DNA of 64,000 nucleotides from Mobula hypostoma (lineage: Eukaryota), in the NCBI RefSeq assembly GCF_963921235.1, contig NC_086107.1, forward strand, positions 92,940,001 through 93,004,000. Direction: 5' to 3'. The position numbers and the translations under genes were made by a program. Of this stretch, positions 26,500 to 39,819 are shown one piece after another. Numbering within the stretch: the stretch's first letter is position 1; every line of letters starts with the position of its first letter. A model generated the notes under the pieces. The model was not told the DNA's origin. It did no database searches and was given only the letters and a program-made list of their open reading frames with translations.

Positions 26500-29400
26500 G
26501 AGGAGCAGATTCGGGAAAGGCTGGTCTCTTTGGACTGTGCAGGCATGGAAAGTGTCGGAGCCACCTCAGCTGCAAGTAAAAGGAGGGTAGGCTCGGGTGG
26601 AGCGGCCATTGTGGGAGTGTGCCAGTGACAGAGCGTGAAGGCTTTGGCTCAACAGGCTTCAGCGTGCACAGGCGGAGGTGCAGTTAAGAAAGGGCAAGGC
26701 TTTTTGATTTTTGGGACAGGGCAGCCAGGATGGAATGCTCCTCCTGTCGGATGTGGGAATTCAGGATACCGGATGACTAAATCTGCGGGAAGTGCACCCA
26801 ACTTCAGCTCCTGACTGACCGGGTCAAGGAGTTAGAGCTGGAGTTGGACATACTCAGGATCATTGGGGAGACCGGAGACGTTACAGATGAGACTTTTGAA
26901 GAGCTGCTCACGCCCAGAGTACAGTAGATGGGTGACCACCAGGTGACGTAATGGGAATAGGAAGTCAGAGCAGGGTTGCCCCTGTAGCCGCTCCCCTCAG
27001 CAACAAGTGTACTCCTTTGGATACTGCTGGGGGACGGGGTGGGAATGACCCATCAGATCACAGTGACAGCTGCCAGCTTGTTGGCACTGTGGCTGGCTCT
27101 GACCCTCGGCTGGGAAAGGTAAGACCAGGCAGTGTGGTAGTTACACGAGACTCGATAGTTAGGGGGAGAGAATGGAAATTTTGTGGAGGCAAAAGAGACA
27201 CCAGGATGGTGCATTGTCCCCTGGGTGCTGGAATCCATGATATATTGGTGCGGCTGGAGGATATTCTCAAGGGAGAGGGGAACAACCAGAAATCGTGCTG
27301 TGTGTTGGCACCAAAGACATAAGCAGAAAAGGGGAAGAGATCCAGTGCAGTGAGTATAGGAAGTTAGGAAAAAGGCTGGAGAGAAGGACCGACAGGGTTG
27401 TAATCTCCGGATTGCTCCTGGCGTCATGGGCTAGTGCAGGTAGGAATGGGGTGATAGTGTAAATGAATGTGGAGATGGTGCAGAGGACAGGGTTTCAAGT
27501 TCTTGGATCATTGGAACCTTTTCTGGGGAAGGGGTGACCTGTATAAAAGGGATGGGTTGCACTTGAACTGGAGGGGAACCAATATCCCGGCCGGGAGTTT
27601 TGCTGATGCTACTCAGAAGAGTTTGAATTAGTTTTGCAAGAGGTTGGCAACCGGAGCCCCAGGGCAGTCAGGTAAGGATTGGACCAGAAGGTAGATGTCA
27701 GGAAAAGATTTGAAGGTAAAATCGAAATAACAGGTATGATGGGTCAGAGGGTTTGAAGTGTGTATATTTTAATGCTTGGAGATTATGGGTACAGGTGATG
27801 AACTTGGTTGAGAGAGGGGAAGGATGGGTGAATGCATGTACCAGGTTTTCGAGGTTTTAGGAGGTTTTCGAAGGTAGGGGAGAAGGTAAATGAGGGGGCA
27901 GAGTTGCACTACTAATCAGGGACAATATCATACCTTCACTCAGGGAAGACATAACGGAGAGGTCAGACACCGAGCCCATTTGTGTGGAACTCAGGAACAG
28001 GAAGGGTGCAATGCTGGGATTGTACTACAAACCCGCCCAGTAGTCACCGGGACACTGAGGAACAGATACATAATCAGATTGAGGGAATATGCAAAAAAAG
28101 GGGGGGGTTTTGTCATGGGGGATTTCAACCTCCCTAATATAGACTGGGACCTTCTTAGTTTAGATGGGGCTGAATTTGTTCAGTGTATCCAGGAGGATTT
28201 CTTAAATCAATGTGTGGCCGGTCCAAGGAGAGGAGGGGCCGTACTGGACCTGGTGTTGGAAAGCCTGGCCAAGTGACTGACCTTTCAGTGGGTGAGCAGT
28301 TAGGGAACAGTGACCACAGCTCCTTATCCTTCAGGATAGCTCTACATAAGGAGAGGTATGGTCCTTGTGGGAGAGTTTTAAATTGGAGTAGGGCAAATTA
28401 TGAGATCATTAGGTAGGAACTAAGAAGCGTTTATTGTTTTTCTGGTAAGTCAACATCAGGCATGTGGAGGGTGTTTAAAGACCAATTGAACAGAGTACAG
28501 GAAAGGTATGTTCCTGTTGGAAGGAAGGATGAGGATCAAAAGACAAGAGAACCTTGGATGTCCGGAGAGGTGATGAATTTAGTAAAGAAAAGAAAAGGTA
28601 TGTAAAGCTTTGGAAGTTAGGGTCAAACGGAGCACATGAGGAGAATAAAGAAACCAGAAAAGGACTAAAAAGGGGAATTGGGAAAGCCAGGAGGGGCCGT
28701 GAAAAGTCCTTGGCAAGTAGGATTAAGGTGAACCCCGGCATTTTATACATACATCAAGAGCAAAAGGGGTGGCTAATGTAACCCCACTTTTTAAAAAAGG
28801 AGGGAGAGAGAAACCGGGGAATTATAGGCTGGTTAGCCTAACGTCGGTGGTGGGGAAACTGCTGGAGTCAGTTATCAAGGATGTGATAACAGCACATTTG
28901 GAAAGCGGTGAAATGATCGGACAAAGTCAGCATGGATTTGTGAAAGGAAAATCATGTCTGACGAATCTCATAGAATTTTTTGAGGATGTAACTAGTAGAG
29001 TGGATAGGGGAGAACCAGTGGATGTGGTATATTTGGATTTTCAAAAGGCTTTTGACAAGGTCCCGCACAGGAGATTAGTGTGCAAACTTAAAGCGCACGG
29101 TATTGGGGGTAAGTATTGGTGTGGGTGGAGAATTGGTTAGCAGACAGGAAGCAAAGAGTGGGAATAAACGGGACCTTTTCAGAATGGCAGGCGGTGACTA
29201 GTGGGGTACCGCAAGGCTCAGTGCTGGGACCCCAGTTGTTTACAATATATATTAATGACTTGGATGAGGGAATTAAATGCAGCATCTCCAAGTTTGCGGA
29301 TGACACGAAGCTGGGTGGCAGTGTTAGCAGTGAGGAGGATGCTAAGAGGATGCAGGGTGACTTGGATAGGTTGGGTGAGTGGGCAAACTCATGGCAGATG

Positions 29401-31440
29401 CAATTTAATGTGGATAAATGTGAAGTTATCCACTTTGGTGGCAAAAATAGGAAAACAGATTATTATCTGAATGGTGGCCGATTAGGAAAAGGGGAGGTGC
29501 AACGAGACCTGGGTGTCATTATACACCAGTCATTGAAAGGGGGCATGCAGGTACAGCAGGCGGTGAAAAAGGCGAACAGTATGCTGGCATTTATAGCGAG
29601 AGGATTCGAGTACAGGAGCAGGGAGGTACTACTGCAGTTGTACAAGGCCTTGGTGAGACCACACCTGGAGTATTGTGTGCAGTTTTGGTCCCCTAATCTG
29701 AGGAAAGACATCTTTGCCATAGAGGGAGTACAAAGAAGGTTCACCAGATTGATTCCTGGGATGGCAGGTCTTTCATATGAAGAAAGACTGGATGAACTGG
29801 GCTTGTACTCGTTGGAATTTAGAAGATTGAGGGGGGATCTGATTGAAACGTATAAGATCCTAAAGGGATTGGACAGGCTAGATGCGGGAAGATTGTTCCC
29901 GATGTTGGGGAGGTCCAGAACGAGGGGTCACAGTTTGAGGATAGAGGGGAAGCCTTTTAGGACCGAGATTAGGAAAAACTTCTTCACACAGAGAGTGGTG
30001 AATCTGTGGAATTCTCTGCCACAGCAAACTGTTGAGGCCAGTTCATTAGCTATGTTTAAAAGGAAGTTAGATATGGCCCTTGTGGCTACAGGGGTCAGGG
30101 GGTATGGAGGGAAGGCTGGGTTCTGAGTTGGATGATCAGCCATGATCATAATGAATGGCGGTGCAGGCTCGAAGGGCCGAATGGCCTACTCCTGCACCTA
30201 TTTTCTATGTTTCTATGTTTCTATGATAACTAGGGAGAGGGTGAGACCACTCAAGGATAAAGAGGGGAACACATGCTTGGATGCAGAGAATGTGAATAAG
30301 GTACTTAATGAGTACTTTGCTTTGATATTTACCAAGGAAAAGGATATGGAGGACCAGGGGGTCGGTGCTGAGTGTATAAATACATTAGGGCATTTAGATG
30401 TCAAAGAGGAGGAGGTGCTGGGCCTCCTAATGAGCATTAAGCTGGATAAGTCCCCAAGACCTGATGGGATTTTCCTCAGGTTACTGAAGGGGGTAAGAGG
30501 CGAGATTGTTGGGCTCTCGACCAGTATCTTCCTGTCCTCTCTATCCACAGACAAGATCCGGAGGACTGGCGAATGGCTAATGTTGCACCCCTATTTAAGA
30601 AGGGAATAAGAGAAAATCCTGGGAACTATAGGCTGACGAGTCTCATGTCAGTTGCAGGGAAATTGCTGGAGAAAATTCTCAGGGATAGGATATGTGAGCA
30701 TTTGGAAATCCGTGGCCTAATTAGGGAGAGCCAGCATGGCTTTGCGCGGGACAAGTAGTGACTTACCAACTTGATTTGAGTTTTTTGACAGGGTGATAAC
30801 AGAGGTTGATGAGAGTAGGGGAGTGGATGTTGTCTACATGGACAAGGCATTGACTTCAAAATTCAGGAGATTATGTTGCAACTTTGTAAAACTCTGGTTA
30901 GGCCACATCTGGAGTATTGTGTACAGTTCTGGTGACCCCACAGGAAGGATGTTGAGGCTTTGGAGAGGGTGCAGAAGAGGTTTACCAGGATGCTGCCTGG
31001 TTTAGAGGGCATGTACTATCAAGAGAGGCTGGATAAACTTCGGTTGTTTTCTTTGGAGAGCCAGAGGCTGAGAGGAGACCCGATAGCAGCTTACAAGATT
31101 ATGAGCGGCATAGAGTAGACAGGGCGTATCTGTTTCCCAGGGTAGAAATGTCTAATACCAGAGAGCATGTGTTGAAAGTGAGAGGTGGTAAGCTTAAGGA
31201 GGCTGTGGGAGGCAAGTCTTTACTCAGAGAGTGGTGGATGCCTGGTGTGGTGGTAGAGGCAAATACATTAGCGACATTTGAACAGGTACGAGGATACAAG
31301 GAGGATGGAGGGATATGGACATGGTGTAGGTAGGAGGGATTAGTGTTTGGGTGTTTTTGATCTGCCTTTTAGCTATTACAGCACAACATTGTGGGCCGAA
31401 TAGCCCATTCCTGTGCTGTACTCTCCCATGTTCTATGTTC
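26500..31440 (+). mobile_element. Old near-full-span CR1 (5' UTR, ORF1 Zn-finger/coiled-coil/SGNH esterase, deleted ORF2) hosting a young CR1
   Basis: MECSSCRMWE...ICGKCTQLQLLTDRVKELELEL, RDSIVRG, MGDFNLPNIDW and SDH motifs; ORF2 continues after 30225. Confidence 0.88.
28766..30225 (+). mobile_element. Young 5'-truncated CR1 (RT domain), same subfamily as 1871-4258
   Basis: Nearly identical by eye to 2800-4255; ORFs 28769-29140 and 29116-30126 are split by a 1-nt deletion near 29112; (tttctatg)n tail. Confidence 0.97.
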
Positions 31441-31653
31441 TAAATGTGACAATAATAAAGCAACACAAATCAGTAACAATGGAATGGGTCAGGTCCAAGC
31501 AGAAATGTGCGTAAAGGGAAGCCTGCTGATTCTGAGGGTAATGTGTGTGTTTGGGCTGAATAGCCTATTTCTATCCAGCTGCCATGTGCCGGCTTCATGG
31601 GGGGAAAAGGCAATGAAGGAGGCCGCAGCGGATGCTAAATAATTTCTTGTCAC

Positions 31654-31815
31654 CTGTACGAAATCGCTCTCGAAGATGGGGGCGTACTTGAAAGGGCTGT
31701 ACTCTCCGTAGAAGAGGTGTTGCTGGAGGGCCCCAGGAACGGGAAACTTGGAGCAAATCTTCTGCTTGGCAAGAGGACTGCACAGCTTTGTGCCTTCTGT
31801 GTCCGGGAGGACCAT
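31654..31815 (-). CDS. GARIN (FAM71 family; paralog not assignable): GARIN/FAM71-family protein, first coding exon (MVLPDTEG...GEYSPFKYAPIFESDFVQ, 54 codons)
   Basis: LQQHLFYGEYSPFKYAPIFESDFVQ matches the FAM71/GARIN N-terminal motif. Acceptor tgtgtctctgttgggccag| before 31823, ATG at 31815, donor CAG|GTGACA after 31654 (phase 0). Confidence 0.88.
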
Positions 31816-32749
31816 TCTGAAACCTGGCCCAACAGAGACACAAAAATGAGAAAGGCTGGAAAGCGATCCCTCCAAAAGTCAACATGAAATAAAAAGGTAA
31901 GTTGAAATGCAGGAAACACTCGGCAGGTCAGGGAATATCTGTGGAGAGAGGAACAGAGTTAATGTCTCAGGTCTCTAGCCTTAGATCAAGAACCAAAACA
32001 TTAACACTGTTTTTGCTCTCTCTCGCATTATGATCTTGCACGTTTATCTGTACTGCATTTTCTCTGTAGTTTTTACACTCTATTCTGATCTATATGAACA
32101 GTGTGCAAGACATCCTTCACACTGTATATCGGAATGTTTCTTTGTTATGTGCTAAGTCTTATGACGTGGGCATTTATGGTCTTTTCATGACCATGATTGT
32201 TCCTGGCAAATTTTTCTACCGAAGTGGTTTGCCATTGCCTTCTTCTGGGTAGTGTCTTTATAGGACAGGTGACCCCCCCCCCCCCACCCCACAGCCATTA
32301 TCAGTACTCTTCAGAGACTGTCCGCCTGCGTTAGTGGTCGCATAACCAGGATGTGATATTCACCAGCTGCTCATACGGCCGTCCGCCGCCTGTTCCCATG
32401 GTTTCATGTGACCCTGATCGGGGGCAGGGGGGGGGCTAAGCAGATGCTACACCTTTCCCAAGGGTGACCTGCAGGCTAGCAGAGGGAAGGAGCACCTTAG
32501 ACTATATTCGACTTATCTCCACCCCACCACCCTATTGGTTCATTGCTGTCAGATGTCTCAGTGCACATGACAATAATAAACCAATTGCGATTCTAGTTCC
32601 GATATGGAACCAGCCATTTTAAGTTCAGTCAGGTAAAATAACATTTAAAAGACATTCGGAATAAGTATGTGGAGAGGGAAGGGTTGGAAGGATGTGTGTG
32701 AAATATGGGCAATTAGTTCTAGATGGGTATAGATCTGGCCTGGACTAGA

Positions 32750-34135
32750 TCAGTAAGATGTTAGAGTCGATTGTTAACGATGAGGTTTTAGGAGTACTTG
32801 GAGGCACATGATAAAATAGGTCAAAGTCAGCATGATTTCCTTAAGGGGAAATCTTGCCTGAAAAATCTGCTGGAATTCTTTGAGGAAATAACAAGCAGGA
32901 TAGACAAAGGAGAATCGGTGGTGCTGCTTATTTGAATTTTCAGAAGGCCTTTGACAAGGTGCCATTAAACAAGAGCCCTGGTATTACAGGGAAGATATCA
33001 CCATGGATAGGAGGTTGGCGAGGAGGCAAAGTGTGGAAATAAAGAGGGCTCTACTGATTGGCTGCCGGTGACTAGTGGTGTTCCGCAGGGGTCAGTGCTG
33101 GGACTGTTATATGTTAATGATCTGGATGACAGAATTGATGGCTTCGTGGCCAAGTTTGCAGATGATACAAAGATACATAGAGGGATAGTTACGATTGAGT
33201 CTGCAGTGAGTCTGCAGAAGGACTGAGACAGATTAGGAGAATGGGCAAAGAAGTGCCAGATGGAGTACAGTGAATGATCATGCAATTTCATAGAAGGAAT
33301 AAAGGCATAGGCTATTTTCTAAACGGGAGTAAATTCAGAAATCAGAGGTGCAAACAGGCCTGGGAGTCTTTGTACAGAATTCCCCAAAGGTTAACTTGTA
33401 GGGTGAATTGGTGGTAAGGAAGGAAGGCAAATGCAATGTTAGCATTCATTTCGAAAGGACTGGAATGTAAAAGTGAGGATATAATGCTGAGGCTTTATAA
33501 GGCATTTGCCAGAATGGAGAATTTTGAGCAATTTTGGGCCTTTTATCTCGAAAGGATGTGCTGGTATGGGAGGGGATTCAGAGGAGGTTCACACAAAATA
33601 ATCCCAGGAATGAAAGGGTTAATGTATGAGGAATATTTAATGGCTCTGGGCCTGTACTCGTTGGAGTTTAGGAGATTGAGGGGGGGGATCTCAATGAAAC
33701 CTATCAAACGTTGTAAGTCTTAGAAAGAGTAGATATGGAGAGGATGTTTCCTATAGTTGGGGGAGTCCAGGACCAGAGAGCACGGTCTCAGAATAGAAGG
33801 TCCCTCCAGAACAGAGATGAGGAGAAATTTCTTCAGCCAGATGGTGGTCAATCCATGGAATTTATTGCCGCAGATGATTGCGGAGCCAAATCATTGGGTA
33901 TGTTTAAAGCAGCTGATAGGTTCTTGATTAGTCAGGGCATCAAAGATTATGGGGAGAAGTGAGGAGAATGGGATTGTGAGGGAAAATAAATCAGCTATGA
34001 TGGAATGGCGGAGTAGACTCAATGGGCCGAATAGGCTAATGATGCTCCTATGATTTATGATCTTATGGCATCTTGGTTGGCATGAACTAGTTGGGCTGAA
34101 AGGCCTGTTTCTATGCTGTATGACTCTTAGACTAT
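32750..34135 (+). mobile_element. Degraded CR1 RT and 3' end
   Basis: FQKAFDKVP, GVPQGSVLG, FADDTK and YSLEFRRLRG motifs with stops. Confidence 0.88.
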
Positions 34136-36300
34136 TTACCAAAGCTGCCCAATCGACATCTTTTACACGAGCCCTGGTGACTAGTGTGCCTTTCTGACAG
34201 TGTCTAGACAGCTACATCTGTTCCTGTGGGGTTTAACTCACAAGTGGCATTCTTCCCTCAATTACTCGTTGGCTTCCTTGATCTTGGTGGTAACTTCTCC
34301 TGGGGATGGAATGAAATGCGGCCACGGAAGACCCCCCCCCCCCACCAACCTTATATACATTTAAAATTGGTGTGCCACCTTAGCCAGATTATATAAAACA
34401 AGGAAGTAGACCCACAGGCCCAACACACCTCTGCCTACCAAGATATTTACCTGAGCTATCTATCTGCACTTGGCCCATATCCCTCCAAACCTTTCCTATC
34501 CCTATACCTACCCGAATATCTTTTAAGTGTTATAATTGTAACTACCACACCCATTTCTTCCATCAGCTCGTTCCATATACGTGCCACTTGCTGTGTGAAA
34601 AAGTTCAATTTCATGTTCCTTTGAATTTTTCCTCCCCTCCCCCATCTTAACTCTATGCCCTCTAGATTTTGAGTTCTCTATCTTGAGGAAAAGGCTGTGA
34701 CCATCTACCTTAACTAAGTTCCTCGTGACTTTTTACATGTCTGTAGTGTCACCCCTCAACCTCCTAGGCACCAGGTAAAACAGTCCCCACCCTCCAGTCC
34801 TGGTAACATCCTTGTGAAGCGTTTCCGTGGCCCTTTCCAACTTAACGACATCCTGACTATAGCTGGGGGACCAGAACTGCACACGTTACTCCAGGTGTGG
34901 TTGTAATCTCAGCCAGCGCCACCAGGGGCACTAGCCTCCCCAGCATCGAGGACATCTTCGAAAGGTGGTACCTCAAGGAGATGGAAATCATCATGAAGGA
35001 CTCTCACCATCCAGGACATGCTCCTCATTACTACCTTCAGGGAGAAGGTACAGGAGCCCGAAGACTCACACTCAGCACTTTAGGAACAGCTTCTTCCCCA
35101 CTGCCATCAGACTTCTGAATGGGCAATGAACCCATACAGTACCTCACTATTTTTGTTTCTTTTCACACTACCTTTCTTCCCCGTGTGTGTGTGGTGGAGA
35201 TACGTCTCTATCAAAGGAGGTGCAAGGTGCTCCTTCCCTCTGCTAGCCCGCGGTCACCCTTGGGCAAGGTGTCGTACCTGCTTAGCACACCTCCACCCCC
35301 CAATCAGGGTCATGTGAAGCCATGGGAACAGGTGTTGGATAGTTGTATAATCCTGGTTACGTGACCGCTGACGCCAGGCAGACGCTCTCTGAAGGTAATT
35401 GATAATGGCTGGGGTAATCCGTCTTGTAAAGACACTGCCCTGAAGGTGGCAATGGCAAACCACTTCTGTCAAAACATTTCTCTGGAACAATCATGGTCAT
35501 GATCACCTACACCATACAACACGGCACGTAATGATGATGATTCTGATGATGTGTGTACATCTTATTGTATAGCAAATTTTACATATTGAACTGTGCTCCA
35601 GCTGCAGAACAACTAATTTCATGACATACCTCAGCGATAATAAACCCGATTCTGATTCAGTGAATGTGGGAGAGGGGGCTGGTTGAGAAAGGCTACCGTG
35701 AGTAGATGGGAGTGTGGACGAACCCATAGTTTCATCAGTGGTTTGCACGAACTGTCCCACTAACCAAGGAAAGCACTAACAGAGAAAATCCTAAACACGA
35801 GAGAATCTGCAGATGCTGGAAATCCAGGGCAGCACACACAAAATGCCGGAGGAACTCAGCAGGTCAGGCAGCATCTATGGAAATGAATAAATGGTCGACG
35901 TTTCCGGCTGAAACCCTTCTTGAGGACTGGAAGGGAAGGGGGAAGAAGCCAGAATAAGGTGGGGGTGGGAGGTGAAGGAGTACAGCTGGCAGGTGATACA
36001 GCCCCCCCCATACCTTTTCCATCCAACTACCTATCCAAATTTTGCTCGTGCTGAAATCGACCCTGCATCCACCACTTGTGATCCACACTCTCACAGCTCT
36101 CTGTGAAGCTGTTCCCCCTCTAGATCCCCTTTAACATTTCACTTTTCACCCTTATCCCATAACCTCTAGTTGTAGTGTCACACAAATTAATACCTATCTA
36201 TACCCCTTATAATTTTCCATACCTCTGTCAAATCTCCCCTCATTCTTCTACATTCTAGGGAATAAAGTCCTAACTTATTCAATCTTTCACTATAACTCAT

Positions 36301-36566
36301 TTTGGGCATCGAGGGAGAGAGGAAGAGGAGAGCCATCCACAGTACCACCGATGTGGCAGAGAGGGCCTCAAGATGGCTGTGGCTCAAAAGAGGGGAGCCA
36401 TGGAGTCATAAGTAACTGGCCATCTGGACACAAGCTGGGGTCTGATCAGCCCCCGCTGGGTCACCTGGAGGAGGTTGTATGATGTTGAAAGACCCAAAAC
36501 ACCTGATGATTCCAGGAGCATCACTGAAGATGTGTCCAGAAGCATCGGTAGATGTATGTACACAGC
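36301..36566 (+). mobile_element. 3' fragment of an RLE-type (HERO/R2-like) non-LTR retrotransposon
   Basis: LGIEGERKRRAIHSTTDVAERASRWLWLKRGEPW resembles the C-terminal AE.ASRWLW.KR of HERO-like elements; it interrupts CR1 sequence. Confidence 0.6.
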
Positions 36567-37569
36567 AGGTCCTCAAATCCCAGCAACAGCTTTGTAAATT
36601 TGCTTTGCACTCTTTCAACCTTATTGACATCTTTCCTGTATGTAGGTGACACAGTACTCGAAATTAGGCCACACGACATCTAATACAATTTCAACATAAC
36701 ATCCCAACTCCTGTACTCAACACGTTCACTTATGTAGGGCAATGTGCCAGAAATTCTCTTTACAACCCCAACTACCTGTGATGCTACTTTCAAGGAATTA
36801 TGGACCTATATTTCCAGTTTGCTTTGTTCTGTGGCACTCCTCAACACCTTACTGTTCACCGTGTAAGCTCTAGTCTGACTGGTCCTCCCAAAGCGCAATA
36901 CATCACACTTGTCTGCATTAAATTCCATCTCCCATTTTTCAGCCCATTTTTCCAGCTGATCCAGCTGCAAGCTTTAACAACCTTCTTCGCCGTCCACTAC
37001 ACTCCCTCTCTTGGTGTCATCTGCAAATTTGCTGATCAAGTCTACTAAATTATCATCCAGATCACTGATAAAGACAACAAACAGAAAAGGACCTAGCACC
37101 GATCCCTGCGGCACATCATTAGTCACAGGCCTCCAGTCAGAGATTTAACTATCTACTACCACTCTCTGGTTTCTCCCACAAAACCAATGTCTAATCCAAT
37201 TTATAATCTCATCTTGAATACCAAGCAACTGAACCTGCTAGACCAGCCTCCCATGTGGGACCTTGTTAAGCACCTTACTAAAGACTATGTAGATAACATC
37301 CACTGCCTGGCCTTCATAAACTTTCTTGGTAACTTCCTTGAAAAATTCTATAAGATTGGTTAGACACAATCTACCAAAAAGCCATGTGACGATCCCTAAT
37401 CAGTCCCTGTCTATCCAAATAATTATGTATCTGGTCCCTTAGAAAACCTTCCAATAACTTTCCCACTACTGATGTCAGGCTTACCAGTCTTTGATTTCCT
37501 GGTTTATTCTTACAGCTTTTCTTAAGCAGCAGAACATTAGCTAATCCTCCGACATCTCAGTTGTGGCCA

Positions 37570-39328
37570 TGGATGTGGAGAACAAGAAGGGGGTATTGAT
37601 ATTGGGTAATAAGGAAATGGCTGAGGCTTTGAATGACTATTTTGTGTCGGTCTTCACGGTGGAGGACGCATCTAACATGTCAAAGAGAGACGTTGTGGAT
37701 GCAATGGGAGGTGAGGACCTCGATACAATAGCTATCACTAAAGAACTAGTGCTGATCACGCTTGTGGGCTTAAAGGTAGACAACTCCCCTGGTCCCAATG
37801 GAATACTGAAAGAAAGGACAGCAGTTACAGTCGAGGCTTTGGTGATAATTTATCAAAATCGTCTTGACTCTGGGCAGGTCCCGGCAGATTGGAAGAAGGC
37901 AAAAATCTTGCCTCTGTTCAAAAAAAAAGGCAGGTAACTTTAGGCCAGCTAGTTTAACATTTGTAGTCGAGAAAATGCTTGAAGCTATCATTAAAGAAAA
38001 AATAGCGAGGCATCTGGAAAGAAATGGACCCATCAGGCAAACGCAGCATGGGTTCAATAAAGGCAGGTCCTGTTTGACAAATTTATTGTTCTTTGATGAT
38101 ATAACAAGCACAGTGGATAGAGGAGAACAGATGGATGTTATTTACTTGGAGTTCCAGAAGGCGTTGATAAGGTGCCGCATAAGAGACTTATCCGTAAGAT
38201 AAGGATGCATAGAGTGGGGGTGATGTATCAGCATGGATAGAGGATTGATTAACTAATAGAAAGCAGAGAGTTGGGATACATGGGTGTTACTCTGGTTGTC
38301 AATCAGTGGTGAGTGGTGTGCCACAGGGGTCGGTGCTGGGTCTGCTACTGTTCACCATATACATAAACGATCTGGAAGAGGGGACCAAGTGTAGTGTATA
38401 CAAGTTTGCTGATGATACTAAATTGAGTGGAAAAGCAAATTGTGCAGTAGAGATGGAGAGTCTGCGGAGAGAGATATATAGGTTTAGTGAGTGGGCAAAG
38501 GTCTGGCAAATGGAGTACAATGTTGGTAAATGCAAGGTCATCCACTTCGGAAGGAAAAATGGAAGATCAGGTTATTATGTAAATGATAAATCAATTGCAG
38601 CATGCTGCTGTGCAGAGGGACTCGGGAGTGCCTATGCATGAATCACAAGAGGCTGGTTTGCAAGTGCAGCATGTTATCAAGAAGGTAAATGGGATGTTGG
38701 CCTTCATTGCTGGAGGGATTGAATTTAAGAGCAGGGAGGTTACGTTGCAACTGTACAGGGTACTGTTAAGGCTGCACCTGGAGTACTGTGTGCATTTCTG
38801 GTCTCCTTACTTGAGGAAGGATATACTGGCTTTGGAGGCGGTGCAGAGGAGGTTCACCAGGTTGATTCCAGAGCTGATGGTGTTAGACTATGAGGAGAGA
38901 TTGAGTTGCCTGAGACTGTACTCGCAGGAATTCAGAAGGATGAGAGGAGATCTAATAGAAACATATAAAATTATGAAAGCTATCTATCGCTTAGAGGCAG
39001 GAAAATTGTTTCCACTGGTAGATGAGACTAGAACTAGGGGATATAGACTCAAGAATTGGTGGAGTAAATTTAGGACGGAGATAAGGAGGAACTGCTTTTC
39101 CCAGAGAGTGGTGAATCTGTGGAATTCTCTGCCCAATGAAACAGTGGAGGCTACCCCAGTAAATATATTAAGACAAGGTTGGATAGTAGGGGAATTAAGG
39201 GTTATGAGGAAAAGGCAGGCAGGTGGAGATGAGCCCGTGGTCAGATCAGCCATGATCTTATTGAATGGTGGAGCAGGCTCGACGGGCCAGATGGCCGACT
39301 CCTGCTCCTATTGCTTATGTTCTTATGT
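37570..39328 (+). mobile_element. CR1 ORF2 (RT) and 3' tail, nested; same subfamily as 55365-56880
   Basis: ORFs 37563-37937, 37864-38202, 38306-38641 and 38583-39362 carry RT motifs; (ttcttatg)n tail. Confidence 0.92.
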
Positions 39329-39819
39329 AAATATATCTGCTAGGGGCCCCGGCAATTTCTGAACTAGCCTCCAACAGGGTCCGAGGGAACTCCGTCTCAG
39401 GCGCTGGGATTTATCCACCCTGAATTGCCTTAAGGCAGCAATCACCTCCTCCTCTAATCTGTACAGGGTCCATAACCTCACTGCTGCTTTGCCTCACATC
39501 TATAGACTGTATCTGTCTCCCGACTAAGTGCTAAAAATTAATATAAGATCTCTCCCACCTCTTCCAGCTCCACGCTTAGATGACCACTCTGATCTTTCAG
39601 AGGGCTGATTTTGTCCCTTGCTCTCTCTTTGCTTTCAATACATCTGTAGAAACCCTTAGGATTCTCCTTCACTTTATCTGCAAGAGCAAGGTCATGCCTC
39701 CTTTTTGCCCTCCCAATTTCCTTCTTGAGTGTTCTCTTGCATTTCCCATACTCCTCGAGTATCTCTGGAACAGTGAGTGGAGAAGTTGTGGAGACAGATG
39801 TTCTTTAGACCCCAGACAA

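Larger units (their letters stand above)
36005..39760 (-). mobile_element. Degraded minus-strand CR1 hosting two nested insertions
   Basis: Reverse-complement RT/3' motifs at 36005-37560, resuming at 39329 after the inserted plus-strand CR1. Confidence 0.8.
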
